A DNA stretch of 64,000 nucleotides, taken from the NCBI GenBank assembly GCA_965247115.1, contig CBDFGR010000001.1, positions 248,201 through 312,200 on the forward strand, written 5' to 3'. Origin of the DNA: Myxococcota bacterium. GTDB taxonomy: Bacteria; Myxococcota_A; UBA9160; SZUA-336. A program made the translations under genes and the position numbers. This document shows, piece by piece, positions 40,401 to 53,751 of this stretch (the first letter of the stretch is position 1; every line of letters begins with the position of its first letter). A model generated the notes under the pieces. It worked only from the letters and a program-made list of their open reading frames with translations, made no database searches and had not been told where the DNA came from.

Positions 40401-43400
40401 CCGTCACCGCCAGCGCGGCCGAGAGCGACATCGTCACGGGTGGGAAGACGGTCGTCATCACCTTGACCGATGACACCTGGGTGGCCGCCGGGGCTACGTT
40501 CGACGCACAGCGCCAGAACATCATCAACGGGCTCGACTCCGCGCAGTCCGAGGGCACTGGCTGGGATGCGGTGGTGAAGGCCGGCCTCTCCGTGACGGAC
40601 GTCGCGCGCACGAGCAGCACGGTCGTGACCATCACGCTACCCGCATTCGGGAGCTACGAGATCACCGCGAACGAGACCATCACCGCGACCCTGCCCGCGA
40701 CCGCTCTCACGGGCGCGAGTCAGATCGTGGCGACGCCAGCCTTCCTCGTCGCGGTAGACCCCGAAGCAGCCGTCAGCGGCACGATCACGTCCGCGAACGA
40801 GGACCAGATCCGAACCGGTGGGCGGACCCTGCTCCTCACGCTGACCGGGGATACGTGGGTGACCTCGGGAGGAACCTTCGACGCCCAGCGCCAGAACATC
40901 ATCAACGGCCTGGACTCAGCGCAGGTGGAAGCGACCGGCTGGGACGCAGTCGTCAAGGCCGGCCTCGCGGTCACGGACGTCGTGCGGACGAGCAACACCG
41001 TGGTGACCATCACGCTGCCGGCCTTCGGCAGCTACGACATCACCGGGGCGGAGACGATCACGGCGACCGTACCCGCGACCGCCGTCACGAGTGCGAGCGT
41101 GATCATCGCCACTCCTAGCTTCATCATCAACACCACGAACGTCAGCGGCCAGCAGGAGTTCGTGGACGACGGCGTCTTCACGGTCCCGGGCGGCGTGACC
41201 CAGTTCACGATCAAGTCGTGGGGCGGCGGCGGCGGCGGTGGGTCCAAGGACACTGCGGCCGGCGGCGATGGGGGCGGCGGCGGCTACGTCGAGCACCTCG
41301 TCACCGGGGTCTCGGGAGGTGACACCTTCAGCGTCGCCATCGGCCGGGGCGGTGAGGGCGGAAACACGTGTGGTACCCACGCCGGCGGGGCTGGCGGCTA
41401 TCAGGGCGGAGACGGAGTAGTCAGCAGCCGCGGCAACGATGGCGGCGGCGGCGGCACCGCCTGGAGCGCGTTCTGGGGCGGCGACGGCGGGCCGGGCTGC
41501 GCTGTGAATGGCGGCGACGGCTCGACCAACGGCTCGGGCGGCGGCGGGGGCGGAGCCTGCGTTGGACAGACCCCGCAGAATGGCTCGGGTCGAAGCCCGG
41601 GCAACTCGGCGGAGGCGGCCGGCGCCGGCCAGGGGGGATTGGGTAACAGCACGACCTGCGCCCAGAAGAACGCAGCGGACGGCAAGGTGATCTTCATCTG
41701 GGGCAGCGGTGCGATGGCCGGGCTCAGCGGCAGCCTGATCCCGAATGCACTCCAATCGGAGGTCATTGCGGGGGGCGAAACCTTGGTGATCACGCTCACG
41801 GGCGACACCTGGGATCCGACGATCGGCGCAGACAACGCGCTCACCACGGCACTCATCAACGGTCTCGTCTCGGCGGGCGGAGGCGCGACGGGCTGGAACG
41901 CCGAGGTCAAGGCGAACCTCACGTACAACGAGGTGGTCCGGACGAGCAACACCGTCGTGACGCTCACTCTCCCGGCGCGACCGAGCTACGGTATCACGGC
42001 GAGCGAGGTCATCACCGTGACGGTCCCCGCAGCGACCGTCGTTGGTGGAACCGAGATCGTCGCGGCGCCGCCCTTCTCCGTCCTGCCTGCTTCAGCCAAA
42101 ACGGAGAGCCGCGTTGCCGCGTCTAGCGACGATGCCGAGGAGCTACTCAGCACGAACGCAGTAACGCTCGGCAGCCTGGACCTTCAGCTCATCGACAGCG
42201 GCGGTGCTCAGGAAGTCGGCATGCGCTTCCTGAACGTCCTGATCCCGCCTGGGGCCAGTATCACGAACGCGTACATCGAGTTCACCACGACCGTTGCGCA
42301 GTCCGGAGCCACGGACCTGACGCTGCGAGCGGAGGCGGTCGACGACTCGACGACCTTTGCCTCGGCGGCCTCGGACGTCTCGACTCGCGCCAAGACGACG
42401 GCAAGCGTGGCCTGGAGCAGCGTCCCGAGCTGGAACACCGTAGGCGAGACACATCAGACACCCAATCTCTCTGCCATCATCCAGGAGGTCGTCGACCGCG
42501 GCGGCTGGGTCGCCGGCAAGTCGATCTCGATCTTCGTCACCGGAACGGGAGCGCGCACCGCGACCTCGTACGACGGCAACTCCGCGGAGGCCCCGCTGCT
42601 GCACGTCGACTTCAATCCCGGCACTCCTCTGCCGCCTCCCAACACGCTCGGCCTGCGCGTCTCGGCCTCGACCGATGATGCCGAGGAGATGGTCAGCACC
42701 GGTGCGGTCGATCTCGTAAGTCCGACTCTGGAGCTCGTGGATGACGGCGGTGCCCAGCAGGTCGGCATGCGTTTCCAGAACGTGGCGATCGACCCCGGGT
42801 CGATCATCACGCGCGCCTACCTCGAGTTCACGGCCGACGTCGCGAACTTCGGGACGACGAACCTGACCGTCGAGGGCCAGGCCTCCGACAACGCCCCCAC
42901 GTTCACGAGCGGAGCGAACGACCTCTCGACCCGACTCAAGACCGCGACCTCAGTGGACTGGAGCAACGCCGCGGCCTGGGCCACGGGCGGCCAGACCTAC
43001 CAGAGCGTGGACCTGTCGCCGATCATCCAGGAGCTGATCGACCGGTCCGGCTGGGTCAGCGGGAACTCCGTCGCACTCTTTGTCACGGGCGGTGGTCGCC
43101 GTACCGGTGAATCCTGGGACGGAAACGCGGCCGCAGCTCCGCTCCTGCATCTGGAGTTCATGGCGCCCCCGGTCATGCCATCGACCACGGTGGAGGTCCG
43201 CATCTCGGGGAACAACGACGACGCGGAGGAGTTCGTCAGCGGCGGCGCGGTCAACAGGACGAGCACCGATCTCGAGTTCGTGGCGGACCCCGGCGATCAG
43301 ATCGTCGGCATGCGCTGGGCGAGTCTCCCCGTGCCTCCTGGCGTGACGATCACGAACGCGTACATCGAGCTCACGACGGACGAGACCGGTCCGAACCCCA

Positions 43401-46400
43401 CGACCAACCTGACCTTCTGGGCCCAGGCGGCGGACAGCCCCATCGAGTTCTCGGCCACGACCTCCGACATCTCGAACCGGCCAAAGACAACGGCGAGTGT
43501 CGCCTGGAACGGCATTCCGAGCTGGACGACGACGAACGAGACACACCAGACTCCGGACCTCGCCGCGATCATCCAGGAGGTGATCGACCGACCAGGCTGG
43601 GCGAGCGGAAACGCGATCGTGGTAATCAGCGAAGGGACCGGCGAGAGAATCGCCCACTCCCACGATGGCGTGCCCAGCGCGGCCGCTCTCCTCCACGTGG
43701 AGTACGCTCCGATCTGCGACGACGGGAACATCTGTACGGTCGACGTATGGGACTTCACGACCCAGAGCTGCGGCACTGACGCGGCCGCTGCAGACGGGTT
43801 TGCCTGCAGTGACAGTCTCTACTGCACCACAGGAAACTTCTGCTCGGCCGGCGTCTGCGGGGCGCCCGTCGACTGCTCCTACCTGGACGGCATCTGCACG
43901 GTCGGCTTCTGCGACGAGGGCGCCGATGCCTGCGTGAAGCAGGACAGCATCACCTGGTTCGATCCGAGCTGGCAGTTCCGCAAGCCCATCACCGTTGACT
44001 CCACCAAGGTCACGGGCGACCTCGACGACTTCCCCGTACTGGTCTCGATCACCGATACGGATCTCGCAGCTGCCGCCCGCGCGGACGGCTTCGACATCGC
44101 GTTCACGGACAGCGACGGCTTCGCAAAGCTGGACCACGAGATCGAGAAGTACGACGGCGGCTCGGGCGAGCTCGTCGCCTGGGTCCGGGTCCGACTCAGC
44201 TCGAGCACAGACAAGACCATCTACATGTACTACGGGAACGCCGGGGCCTCGGACCAGCAGAACGCTTCCGGCGTCTGGGATCCCAACTACGTCGGCGTCT
44301 GGCACTTGAGGGAAGACCAGGCAGGGACGGGGAACAACGCTCTCTATCGAGACTCCACCAGCAACAGCTACCACGGAGATGATGAGATCTCGGCAACAGG
44401 TCAGACCGGCAAGCTCGGTGCCGGGCAGCAGGTCGACGGGACCGATGACTACGTCGATCTGCCCTCCGCCGCAACGAGCGGACTGAGCCAGTTCGCTTTC
44501 TCGATGTGGGTCAAGACCACCGAAAGCGGAACCAACGGGGCCTACTGGCAGCGACCTACTCTGTTCGGCCAATCCACTAGCGGGCAGCCAACCGGAGACT
44601 TCGGAGTCAACACGAACAATGGATACATCGGGTTCTGGAGCGGCGTAACACCGGGCTCAGACTCCAGCTATCTTTCGAGCACTCTCCAGGTAAACGACGA
44701 TGCATGGCATCACATCCTCGTCGCCAACGACGGGGCGAACGCAAGTCTCTATGTGGATGGAGCGTTCCAGAGTTCTCTCGGTACAGGCTTGTCGCTCAAT
44801 AGCACCGCGTTTTGGCTCGGCGGTTTGGGCGGCCCAGAAGCACCGGGATCTCATCACGGTGGCAGCATCGACGAGCTCCGGGTCTCGGCTGCCGCGCGTT
44901 CTGCCGCGTGGATCCAGACGGAGTACAACAATCAGAACTCGCCCGGCACCTTCCACAGTGTGGGCGCGGAGCAGGGGCAACTGGCGACGTGCCAGGACTG
45001 CGACGACGGTAATCCTTGTACCGTGGATACGTACAACTCCGGTACGCAGACCTGCACCAATGATGTCGGAGCAGCGGATGGCCTGGCCTGCAACGACGGC
45101 CTGTTCTGCACGATCGGAAGCACTTGCTCGACCGGGGTCTGCGGGGCGGCGACAGACTGCTCCTCGCTCGACAGCGCATGTGCGGTCGGCGTCTGCGACG
45201 AGGCCGCGGACTCCTGCGTTTCCCAAAGCACGGGGACCTGGTACGACGCGAGCTGGACGCTGCGGAAGCCCGTCACGGTCGACTCCGCACGGGTGACCGC
45301 GGACCTGACCGACTTCCCGGTCCTCGTGTCAGTCACAGACACGGATCTTGCGGCGGCTGCGCGGGCGGACGGCTGGGACATCGTCTTCACCGATGACGAC
45401 GAGACCACGAAGCTCGCGTACGAGATCGAGCGCTATAACCCCGCGACGGGGGAGCTCGTCGCCTGGGTGAAGGTGCCGAACCTCACCGGCAGCACCGACA
45501 AGGTGCTCTACATGTACTACGGCAACGCGAGCTCGGCGGACCAGCAGAACGCTTCGGCGGTGTGGGACGCGGACTTCGTCAGCGTGCACCACCTGAAGGA
45601 GTCCCCGTCCGGGGGCGGCCCCTCGTGTATTGCGGGGCCGACCGTGTACGCGAGTGCCACTGCCTCAGCTACGTACGTAGTTCCGACGGGATGCGATACG
45701 CTGACCATCAAGGCGTGGGGGGCCGGTGGCGGCGCTGGCGGCGGTGGCGGCGGCGACGATGGTGGCAACGGCGGCGGCGGCGGTTTCGCGCAGGCCGACA
45801 TCTCGGTGACCCCATCCGAGTCTCTCGATATCGTATTGGGCGGCGGCGGACCTGGTGGAACCGGTGCGCCCGGGGGTTGCTCTACACCGCCGACGGGTGG
45901 TGACGGCGGCGGCGGCAATGCGACAACGGCCGCCGGTGGCGGCACCGGCGGGAAGGGCTGCGACTCCGACGGCGGCTCTGGAGGAGGAGGCGGCGGCTAT
46001 GCCGCGGTCAAGAGAGGCGGTGCGTTCCTCGTCGAGGCCGGCGGCGGCGGTGGAGGCGGCGGCGGCGGCAAGGAGAGCGACGGCGGGAAGGGTGGCGCAG
46101 GCGGCGGCTCGAGCGGTGTTGCAGGCTCCAACGCCAGTGGCGGTGGCGGTGGCGGTGGCGGTGGCACGACGTCAGCCGGCGGCTCCGGCGGATCTGGAGG
46201 TGGATCGACGGGAGCGGCGAACTCAGGCGGCAACGGCGCAGACAGTAACAACAGCAATGATGATGGCGGCGGCGGCGGTGGAGGCCGCTTCGGGGGCGGC
46301 GGCGGTGGCGACGGCGATGACGAGGGCGGCGGTGGTGGCGGCGGCGGCTCGAGCCTCGTCAGCGGCACGAACACGACGCTGACCGCCGGCTCCGGGACAA

Positions 46401-49400
46401 CGCCCGCCAACAACGCGGACCCTGACTACGCGGGGAGCGCTGGTGTGGGCGGGAGCGCCAACGGCGGCGGCGGCAGCCCCGGACGGATCGTCCTGATTCC
46501 GAGTGGCCCAGGCAGCGGCCCCGGAAGCTCCGTCGCGGACTCGACGGCGAACGCCAACGACGGCGTGACCAACGGCGGGATGGACGCCGCGGACCAGGTG
46601 ACTGGGCAGATCGGCTACGCCCTCGACTTCGACGGAACCGACGACTACGCCAACGTTTCGCACCACGCAGACTACGAGACGAACGATCGGACGCTCTCGG
46701 CCTGGGTCTACAACACGGATTCCGGTGGCGAGTATCGCGGTATCTTCGGAAAGAACCGCGAGGGCTCCACTTCGGAATGGCTGGCCATGTTCCGGAGCAA
46801 CGATGCGAGCGGCCTCTGGCACGCGAGGTCCGGCGGCTCGAGTTCGGATGGCACCGGTGCTGCAACGGGAACGTGGACCTACCTGGTGATGACGAACTCC
46901 CGCGGTGGTGGGGTGACCCTCTACCGAAACGGCTCGAACGTGGACGTCTCGTTCACGAACGGCGCCGGGGAGCCGGTCTCGGCCAGCTACGACGTCTCGA
47001 TCGGCCGTGTGAAGAGCGTCTCGGAGTTCTTCCAGGGCCGGATCGACGAGGCACGCTGGTCCAAGGTCCTGCGCTCCACGGCCTGGATCCAGACCGAGTA
47101 CAACAACCAGTCGGCGCCGGTCACCTTCCTCAGCCTGGGCGCCGAAGAGGACGCCGCGACCGCCTGCGGCAGCTGCGACGACGGCAACTCGTGCACGACC
47201 GATACCTGGGACTCCGGAACGTCGACCTGCATCTACGACTCGTCCGGGACGGATGGACTGGCGTGTTCCGACGGGCTGTTCTGCACGACGGGCAACATCT
47301 GCGCGGCCGGCGTGTGCGGCGCAACCACGGACTGCAGCTTCCTCGACGGCTCCTGCCAGATCGGCATCTGCGACGAGCCCTCCGACAGCTGCGTCCCGCA
47401 GCTGCAGGGCGTCTGCAACTGTGATGACGGAAACGCCTGTACTGTGGACTCGTTCGACACGCTTACCTTCACCTGCATCCACGACCCCGCCCCGGTCGAC
47501 GGCCTCGCTTGTGACGACGGCCTCTTCTGTACGCTGGGTGAGACTTGCTCGGCGGGCTTCTGCCGTAGCTCGGTGACCTACGACTGCACCTCACTCGACG
47601 GTCAGTGCCAGACCGGCGTCTGCGACGAGGGCACCGACGCCTGCGTGGCCGAGTGGCACGGCACCTGGAAGGACCCGCTCTGGGGCTTCCGCAAGACCAT
47701 TACGGTGGACCAGACCAAGGTGCCCTCCGACCTGACCGACTACCCGATGCTGGTCTCGCTCACGGATGCCGACCTGGCTGCCGAGGCTCGCTCCGACGGT
47801 CGGGACATCTTCTTCACGGAGATCGACGGAATCACGAAGCTCGACCACGAGCTCGAGCGCTACCAGAGCGGGAGTGGAACGATCGTTGCTTGGGTGCGGA
47901 TCCCGAGCCTGACCAGCAGCGCAGACAAGCAGATCTACATGTACTACGGGAACTCCGGAGCCTCCGCGCAGGAGAATCCGACGGCGGTCTGGGATGCGAG
48001 CTACAAGAGCGTCTACCACATGGACCAGGATCCGAGCAGCTCCGCTCTGGGCTACGTGACGCGCGGAACCGACTGGACGACGGGAACCTCCCACACGGTG
48101 GGCGCCGGCGACGACCGCCTGCTGCTGTTCGTGACGGGCCACGAGAAGGCCAGCGCAGACACCGATGTCACGTCCGTCAGCTACGGCGGCCAGTCGCTGA
48201 CGCAGATCACGCAGGTGGCGGGAGGAGGACCGGGAGCGATCGACGAACGCGTGAGCGCGGGCAGCAACGATTCCGAGGAGACGGTGGGCAGCGGCGCCAT
48301 CAACCGCACCAGCGGCGACCTCGCGATGGTCCTCACGACTGGTGGCGCCGGCACCGTTGCTCGCGTCGGCTCCTGGACGAACGGGACCTCGCACACGGTG
48401 GGCGCAGGATCGGATCGGGTGCTCGTGTTCGCGACCGGGTACGAGAACGGAAGCTCGAATGACACCGACGTCACCGCTGTCAGCTATGGCGGCCAGGCGT
48501 TGACGCCGATCGGCCAGTCGGTGGCCGGCACGACAACGCTGGCTCGGGTAGAGCTCTGGTACCTGAACGAGGCGGGAATCCAGGCGTCCAGCGGCACCAC
48601 CTTCAACGTGACGTACGGGAACGGTTCGCCCAGCAACGCAATGCACGCGGCTGCGACCTATCAGAACGTCGACCAGGCCACTCCAATCGCAGACACCGAT
48701 GTCGACACGACGACGAGCGTCGATCCGATCGATGCGGTCGTCAACGTCACGGCGGGGGCCATGGCCATCTCGGGCGCTGTCTGCGGAAACAGTGGGACGT
48801 ACGCATGGGGCAACGGGTGGGCCGAAGGTACGGATCAGGATGGTGGGAGCTCGACCATGTCCACCGCGGACAACCCTGCCACGGGCAGCGGCACGGATAC
48901 CGCTAGCGCGAACCACTCGTCCAGTATCAACCGCCAGGTCATCGTTGCCGCCACGCTCAACCCCTCATCTTCGGGCTCGAGCCGGCTGGTCGCGATGCGG
49001 TCACCAGCGTGGGCCTTCCGCAGGGCGCGAACATCACCAACGCGTACATCGAGTTCCGGGCAGACGAGAGCGACACGGGAACGACGAATCTGACCTTCCA
49101 GGCCCAGGACGTCGACGATGCTCCATCGTTGACGACGACCGCCTTCGACATCTCGAATCGCGTGCGGACCACGGCGAGCACTGCATGGAACAGCGTTCCA
49201 GCCTGGACCACGGGGACGAAGTACCAGACTCCGGATCTGTCAGCCGTCATCCAGGAGGTCGTGAACCGCGGCGGCTGGTCGAGCGGCAATGATATCGTCG
49301 TCATCGTCAGCGGAACGGGTAACAGAGTCGCGGACTCGTACGAGGGCTCAAGCTCCAACGCCCCCCTTCTCCACATCGACTACGACCAGTCCGACTACAT

Positions 49401-52400
49401 CCGAGCGGAGCTCTGGTACCTGAACGAGGCCGGCATCCAGGCCGCGAGCGGGAGCACCTTCTCGCTCGGCTACAGCAACGGCTCGCCGGACAACTCGAGG
49501 CACGCGGCGGCGACCTACCGCACGGTGGACCAGAGCAACCCGATCGGAGACAGCGACAACCAGGCCACCTTCACCTCCGATCCCATCACCCGGAGCGTGA
49601 GCGTGTCGACGGGTTCCATGGCTGTAGCGGGCGCCGTCTCCGCGGACAGCAGCTCCTACACCTGGGGCAACAGCTGGACCGAGGGAACTGACAACTCGAG
49701 CGGCTCCATGCGGATGTCCGCCGCCGACCATCCGGCCGCGAGCGGGGGCACCGACACCGCCAGCGCGAACTACGGCGGCACCCTGAACGCACAGTTGCTC
49801 GTCGTTGCAGCCCTCAACCCGGAGACGGGAGGCGCCATCATCCAGGACTCCACGTCGAACAACAACGACGGCCAGACCTACGGCTCCTGGAACAGCAGTG
49901 ACCGCCTGGACGCGATGTTCGGCTACGGTCTGGAGTTCGACAAGAACGACGAGTACATCGAAGTAAAGCACTCGACGGACTACGAGAACAGCAACGGCAC
50001 GGTGGAGCTCTGGTTCCGGCCCGACGTTCTGTCCAGCGACATGGGACTCTGGTCCAAGGACTCGAGTGGCTACGATTCCGGCGGCCACCTGACGATCGAG
50101 GCGCTGGGCAGCGACTTCCCGCAGGCTCATCTGCAGAGCTCGAGCGCGAACAACGTCGTGAGCGGAGCGTCGATCTCGACGGGCACCTGGTACAACAGCG
50201 CGCTCACGTTCGGCGGCGGTGGCATGAAATTCTACCGCAACGGCGGGCAGACCACGAACGGCTACACGGGCGGCATGTCCTCGAACACTGAGCCCATCGC
50301 GATCGGCGCCTCTACCGCGTCCAGCGGCAACGGCATCGCTGGTGCACTGAACGAGTACTTCGATGGCCGGATCGACGAGGTCCGGGTCTCGAGCGTGGCC
50401 CGCTCGCAGGACTGGATCACGACCCAGTACAGCAACTACGCGACCCCCGGGACCTTCTACTCGGTCTCCGTGGAGGAGCCCCTCGGCTCGAACAACTGTG
50501 CCACTCCGGACTGCAACGATGCGGACGTCTGCACGGTCGACTGGTGGGACGTCGGGACCTCGACCTGCGTCTTCGACACGGTCGCCGCCGAGGGCTTCTC
50601 CTGTACACCCCCCCAGGCCTGTGCTCCCGGCGGCGTCTGCACGCTCGGTGCCTGCGCCTCGCTGCCCGTGAGCAACACGCCGACGATCACGATCGACTCC
50701 ACGAAGGTGGTGGAGGATCTGACCAACTACCCGCTCCTCGTCTCCATCACGGACGGAGACCTGCAGGCCAACGCGCGATCGGACGGCTGGGACATCTGGT
50801 TCGCCGATTCCGACACCGTGACGAAGCTCGATCACGAGATCGAGAGCTACGACAGCGCCACGGGGACTCTCGTCGCCTGGGTCCGGATCCCGCTCCTCTC
50901 GAGCAGTACCGACAAGGTGATCTACCTGAACTACGGGAACCCCTCGTCACCGGACCAGTCGAACCCGCCAGGCGTGTGGGACTCCACATTCGCGGGAGTC
51001 TGGCACCTGAACGAGGACCCCTCGGGTGGAGCACCGCAGTCGATGGACAGCACGTCGAACAACAACGATGGCAGCTCCAACAACATGACGAGCGGGGATC
51101 TCGTGACCGGCAAGATGGCCGGGGCGCTCGACTTCGACGGCACGAACGACTGGGTCCAGGTCCCGCACAGCTCGAGCGTGAACCTCACGGGAACCGGAAT
51201 GACCCTGAGTGGCTGGGTGAGCTCGGACGGTCAGACTGCTGATGTCGGCATCCTGCTCAAGTCGACCAGCAGCTATCAGATCCACCTGGGCATCGAGTCC
51301 GGCGAGACCGGCAACTTCCGAGTCAACACACCGGACGCGGGCTACACCCGCCTCGATACGACGAGCACGGTGCCGACGAACGGGACGTGGACTTACCTGA
51401 CGGCAACCTACGACGGAGCAACGGCGAGGATCTACTTCAACGCCAGCGAGCAGGCCACGGACCCCCGCACCGGCAACATCGATGCGACGACCGAGCCGGT
51501 GCTCATCGGTCGGCGGGCCATTGGCGACGCCCGCTACCTGAACGGCCGCATCGATGAGGTCCGGATGTCCAACGTCGCGCGCTCGGCGGGCTGGATCCAG
51601 ACGGAGTACAACAACCAGTCGTCCCCCTCCACGTTCCTCACGTTGACGCCGGGAGGCGGAGCTTGTGCGGTCGGCGATCACTTCGTGATCACGCACGACG
51701 GGAACGGCATCAACTGCCTGCCCGAAACCATCACGGTCACGGTGGTCGATGGAGCGGGCGCGACCGTCACGGACTACATCAAGCCCGTCGTGCTATCCAC
51801 CCAGAACGGCAAGGGAACCTGGATCAACGGCGGCAGCAACAACGGCACGTTCAGCGACCCGACCGCCAACGATGGCCTCGCCACCTACACCTTCGTGACC
51901 GCCGACAACGGAGTCGCCACCTTCGCGCTGGACTACCAGGAGGGTCCAGCCCTGGTCGACATCGACGTCTTCGACCCGGCCATCCCGACCTTCCGGGATG
52001 ACGACACCGAGGGCCTGATCACCTTCTCGCCAAGCAACTTCACCGTGACACAGAACGGTCTCTCCAACCCGCCGCCGGGCACGATCAACGACCCGATCCT
52101 GACTCAGACCGCGGGCAAGGACTTCCCGATCCACCTCGCAGCCTTCGGGCAGACGGCAAACCATCCAGTATGCGGTGTGATCGAGGCCTACGACGGCTCG
52201 AAGTCGCTGAAGTTCTGGTCCACTTACTCCAACCCCCTCACCGGAACCGTCAAGGTCAGCGTGGACGGTACGGTCATCGCGCAGAGCGAAGCGGCCGCGA
52301 CCGCCATGAGCATGGACTTCTCGTCCGGACAGGGCGATGTGATCGTCAAGTACAAGGACGTCGGCCAGATCCAGATCACCATGAAGGACGAGAACGTAGT

Positions 52401-53751
52401 CGAGCCGGTCGGCGGGATCACAGGCGCCACGAACCAGTTCGTGGTCATTCCCGCAGACTTCGACATCACGGTCAAGCGAATGGACGGCTCCGCCAACCCG
52501 GCCGGCGATACACCTGGCGGAGCAATCCTGACGACCGCCGGGGCCCCCTTCGAGGCGATCGTGGAGGTCCGCGACCTGGAGGGCTCGCTCACACCGAACT
52601 ACGGGAACGAGATCGCCCCCGAGGGCATCAAGATCGTCTCATCGACCCTGGTGGCACCGGCCGGCGGACGGAACGGAACGAACAACGATGGCGCGATCGG
52701 AAACAACCGCTCCTTCGCGCCGCTGGCGCCCGCCGGCACGTTCAGCGGGAATGCCTTCTACTTCGACGAGGTCGGCGCCATCAAGCTTCAGGCGAGCATC
52801 GGAGATGCAGACTACCTGGGAGCCGGAAACGTCACAGGACAAGAGACGGGCTCGGTGGGTCGCTTCACGCCGGACTACCTCGACACCTCACAGAACACGC
52901 CCGTATTCCAGACGGCCTGCGGTGCCGGCAGCTATACGTACCTCGGAGACACCTTCGACTACACGACCAGCCCCATGGTCACGGTGACCGCCAAGAACGC
53001 CGCCGGGAGCACGACGGAGAACTACGACGGGACCTGGTTCAAGCTCACGGTCGGTGCGCTGACCGGGATCAGCTACACGACCGCCACGGGCACACTCAGC
53101 TCCGGGGCGCCGAACGCCCCGACGGTCGTGAATCAGGGCGCGGGCGTAGGCACGGTCAGCTTCAACAACGGGCCGCAGCTGAGCTTCCTCCGCAGCGCAC
53201 CCGAGGCCGCGTTTGACGGCGAGATAGCTCTCGACCTGAACGTGTTCGACACGGACGCCATCGCCGCCCCCTCGAACCCGCTCTCCTTCGGAACGGCAGC
53301 CGCCGGCGGCGGAATCGCCTTCAGCTCCGGCAAGCAGCAGCGCTTCGGGCGGGCCGTACTGACGAACGCGCATGGTTCAGAGCTCCTGCCGCTGCCGGTA
53401 CCGCTGAAGACGCAGTACTACGACGGCAACAACTTCGTGGACCACGTTGCGGACGCCTGCACCACCTTCGTAGCCGGAAGCCTCAGCCTGACCCCGAACC
53501 CGGGCGGGCTGAGCAGCACGGCGAGCATCGGCAACAGCCCGCTCGTGGGAGGAGATGCAGCCCTCTCGTTGACCGCCACCGGAGCGAACAACACGGGCTA
53601 CTTCGACCTGGCCTATGCCCTCACCGGCCAATCCTACCTGCTCGGCGACTGGGACGGCGACTCCAGCTACGACGACGACCCCGTCTCCCGAGCTACCTTC
53701 GGCATCTTCAAGGGAAGCGACATGCTCATCTATTCCCGCGAAATCTACTAG
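31409..53751 (+). CDS. Giant secreted mosaic adhesin-like protein (~7,450 aa if joined): DUF2341/LamG modules with a MshQ-like DUF6701 C-terminus; single frameshift near 49001
   Basis: ORFs 31409-49093 and 49009-53751 join if one T is restored (atgcggt(t)cacc gives VAMRFTSVGLPQGANITNAYIEF), matching three intact sister repeats. Sec-type signal peptide. C-terminus has YKDVGQIQI, TPNYGNE, VGRFTPDY, RFGRAVLTNAHGSELLPLPVP and SRATFGIFKGSDMLIYSREIY. Confidence 0.9.
34960..42080 (+). repeat. Four 'ITLTGDTW...RQNIINGL...VVRTSNTVVTITL' repeats (near 34960, 40420, 40795, 41755)
   Basis: Direct protein-level repeats. The first copy is split by an inserted domain. Confidence 0.85.
42105..49389 (+). repeat. 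Four 'DDAEE...VGMRF...ITNAYIEF...QTPDLSAIIQEVVxRxGW...APLLH' beta-sandwich repeats (three tandem at 42105-43710, one split at 48236-49389)
   Basis: Direct protein-level repeats. Carbohydrate-binding-module-like by inference. Confidence 0.85.
43715..50660 (+). repeat. Five Cys-rich 'CDDGNxCTxD' repeats (near 43715, 44999, 47173, 47418, 50511)
   Basis: CDDGNICTVD, CDDGNPCTVD, CDDGNSCTTD, CDDGNACTVD and CNDADVCTVD, mostly followed by DGLxCT. This is a myxobacterial/Dictyostelium-type Cys repeat. Confidence 0.85.

Larger units (their letters stand above)
32884..51650 (+). repeat. Six dispersed DUF2341+LamG modules within the giant gene (starts near 32884, 33908, 43954, 45239, 47666, 50677)
   Basis: Recurring pattern RKxITIDS..NFPVLIS..RADGFD..KLDHEIE..VAWVRxP..YYGN..GVWHLxE..IDEVRVS..RSAxWIQTEYNNQ. 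Confidence 0.9.

Noticed and set aside
48990..49093. Programmed ribosomal frameshift or two separate genes in the giant locus
   Set aside because: There is no slippery heptamer or homopolymer. The break falls mid-domain and is repaired by one T, and the second ORF has no signal peptide.
31409..53751. Complete diversity-generating retroelement
   Set aside because: No reverse transcriptase and no near-identical TR/VR pair are present in the window. The internal repeats are diverged coding modules.
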